The position numbers were made by a program, and so were the translations under genes. From positions 14,422,651 through 14,486,650 of the forward strand of contig CM120647.1 of NCBI GenBank assembly GCA_051362555.1: a stretch of DNA of 64,000 nucleotides, in the 5' to 3' direction. Under the pieces are notes generated by a model, which was not told where the DNA came from, did no database searches, and saw nothing but the letters and a program-made list of their open reading frames with translations. Shown here one piece after another: positions 63,295-64,000 of this stretch (positions are counted from its first letter, which is position 1; every line of letters starts with the position of its first letter). The stretch comes from Lingula anatina (Eukaryota; Animalia; Brachiopoda).

Positions 63295-64000
63295 CTGAAA
63301 GAGATTAAATTTTTTTCAAAAATCAGTGAAAGAGGCAGAAATATTTGCCAGCCAAATTTTAACCTAGTAACATTTTATCAACTAGCTAGTAACATTTAAT
63401 CAACTTATAGTTAAAGGTTTCCATGCAAGTAAGCAAATCTCTCATCCCTTCCTCTCTGATGAGCTAAGGACTTTTTTCTGAAGGCTAAAAAAAATCCAAC
63501 AAATCTTTCACCATTCACAACACAATCAATGTCATGTATTTATACATTTTACTTTATAAAACATAAGTCAAAAATGTCAGGCAACAAAGTATATGCTGGT
63601 TCAGGGCCAGCATAATGAGCTTATTATAACATCAAACACTGCCTTTCTAGGCTCCACATGCCACACTTCATTCAGTAGCCTTTCCCATAAATACAGCATT
63701 AAAATCAAGCTATGTTCTATTGATTTCTGAAATTTTTGTTTCTTTTTTTTTTTTTACGTCATGAGAAAACAGAGGACTCACTGTTCCCGAACACCAAAAA
63801 TCCCTTTCTGAAATGCGATAATTATTATGCCATTCAACATTTACAACAGCAGTTTTAACTTAAAAGTTTAAAACATCAGGTCACATGCAATTTTTATTCA
63901 GTACCAACTTCTAGACTAGTACACTGAGAAAAAATTACTATAAATCTTAACTATTAGCCATGCTTTTGTGTAAAGAAGGTGCAATATTTTCAAGGAGGTG

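Overview
AT-rich eukaryotic (animal) genomic DNA, probably from a marine invertebrate (lophotrochozoan-like; inferred only), with spliceosomal GT-AG introns, microsatellites and non-autonomous DNA transposons. Four host genes, all on the minus strand, were reconstructed by hand from splice sites and phase continuity: (1) an intronless orphan class A GPCR; (2) a secreted proteinase K/aqualysin-type S8A subtilase with 9 coding exons and a long Arg/Gly/Phe-rich N-terminal extension; (3) an 11-exon SLC22 organic cation transporter; (4) the 3' part of an L1CAM/neuroglian-family adhesion molecule. The L1-like gene is the most interesting. It has only five Ig domains and no visible FN3 repeats, two homologous phase-compatible transmembrane exons (Dscam exon-17-like), and two candidate alternative terminal exons that would each replace the ankyrin-binding FIGQY tail with a short CaaX-ending peptide. 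UGCAUG clusters and intronic elements antisense to terminal-exon splice acceptors surround this region. Decayed Tc1 and SWIM-domain transposon remnants, several MITE families (one self-nested) and minisatellites fill the rest. Exon coordinates were read manually and may be off by a base or two; there is no expression evidence.
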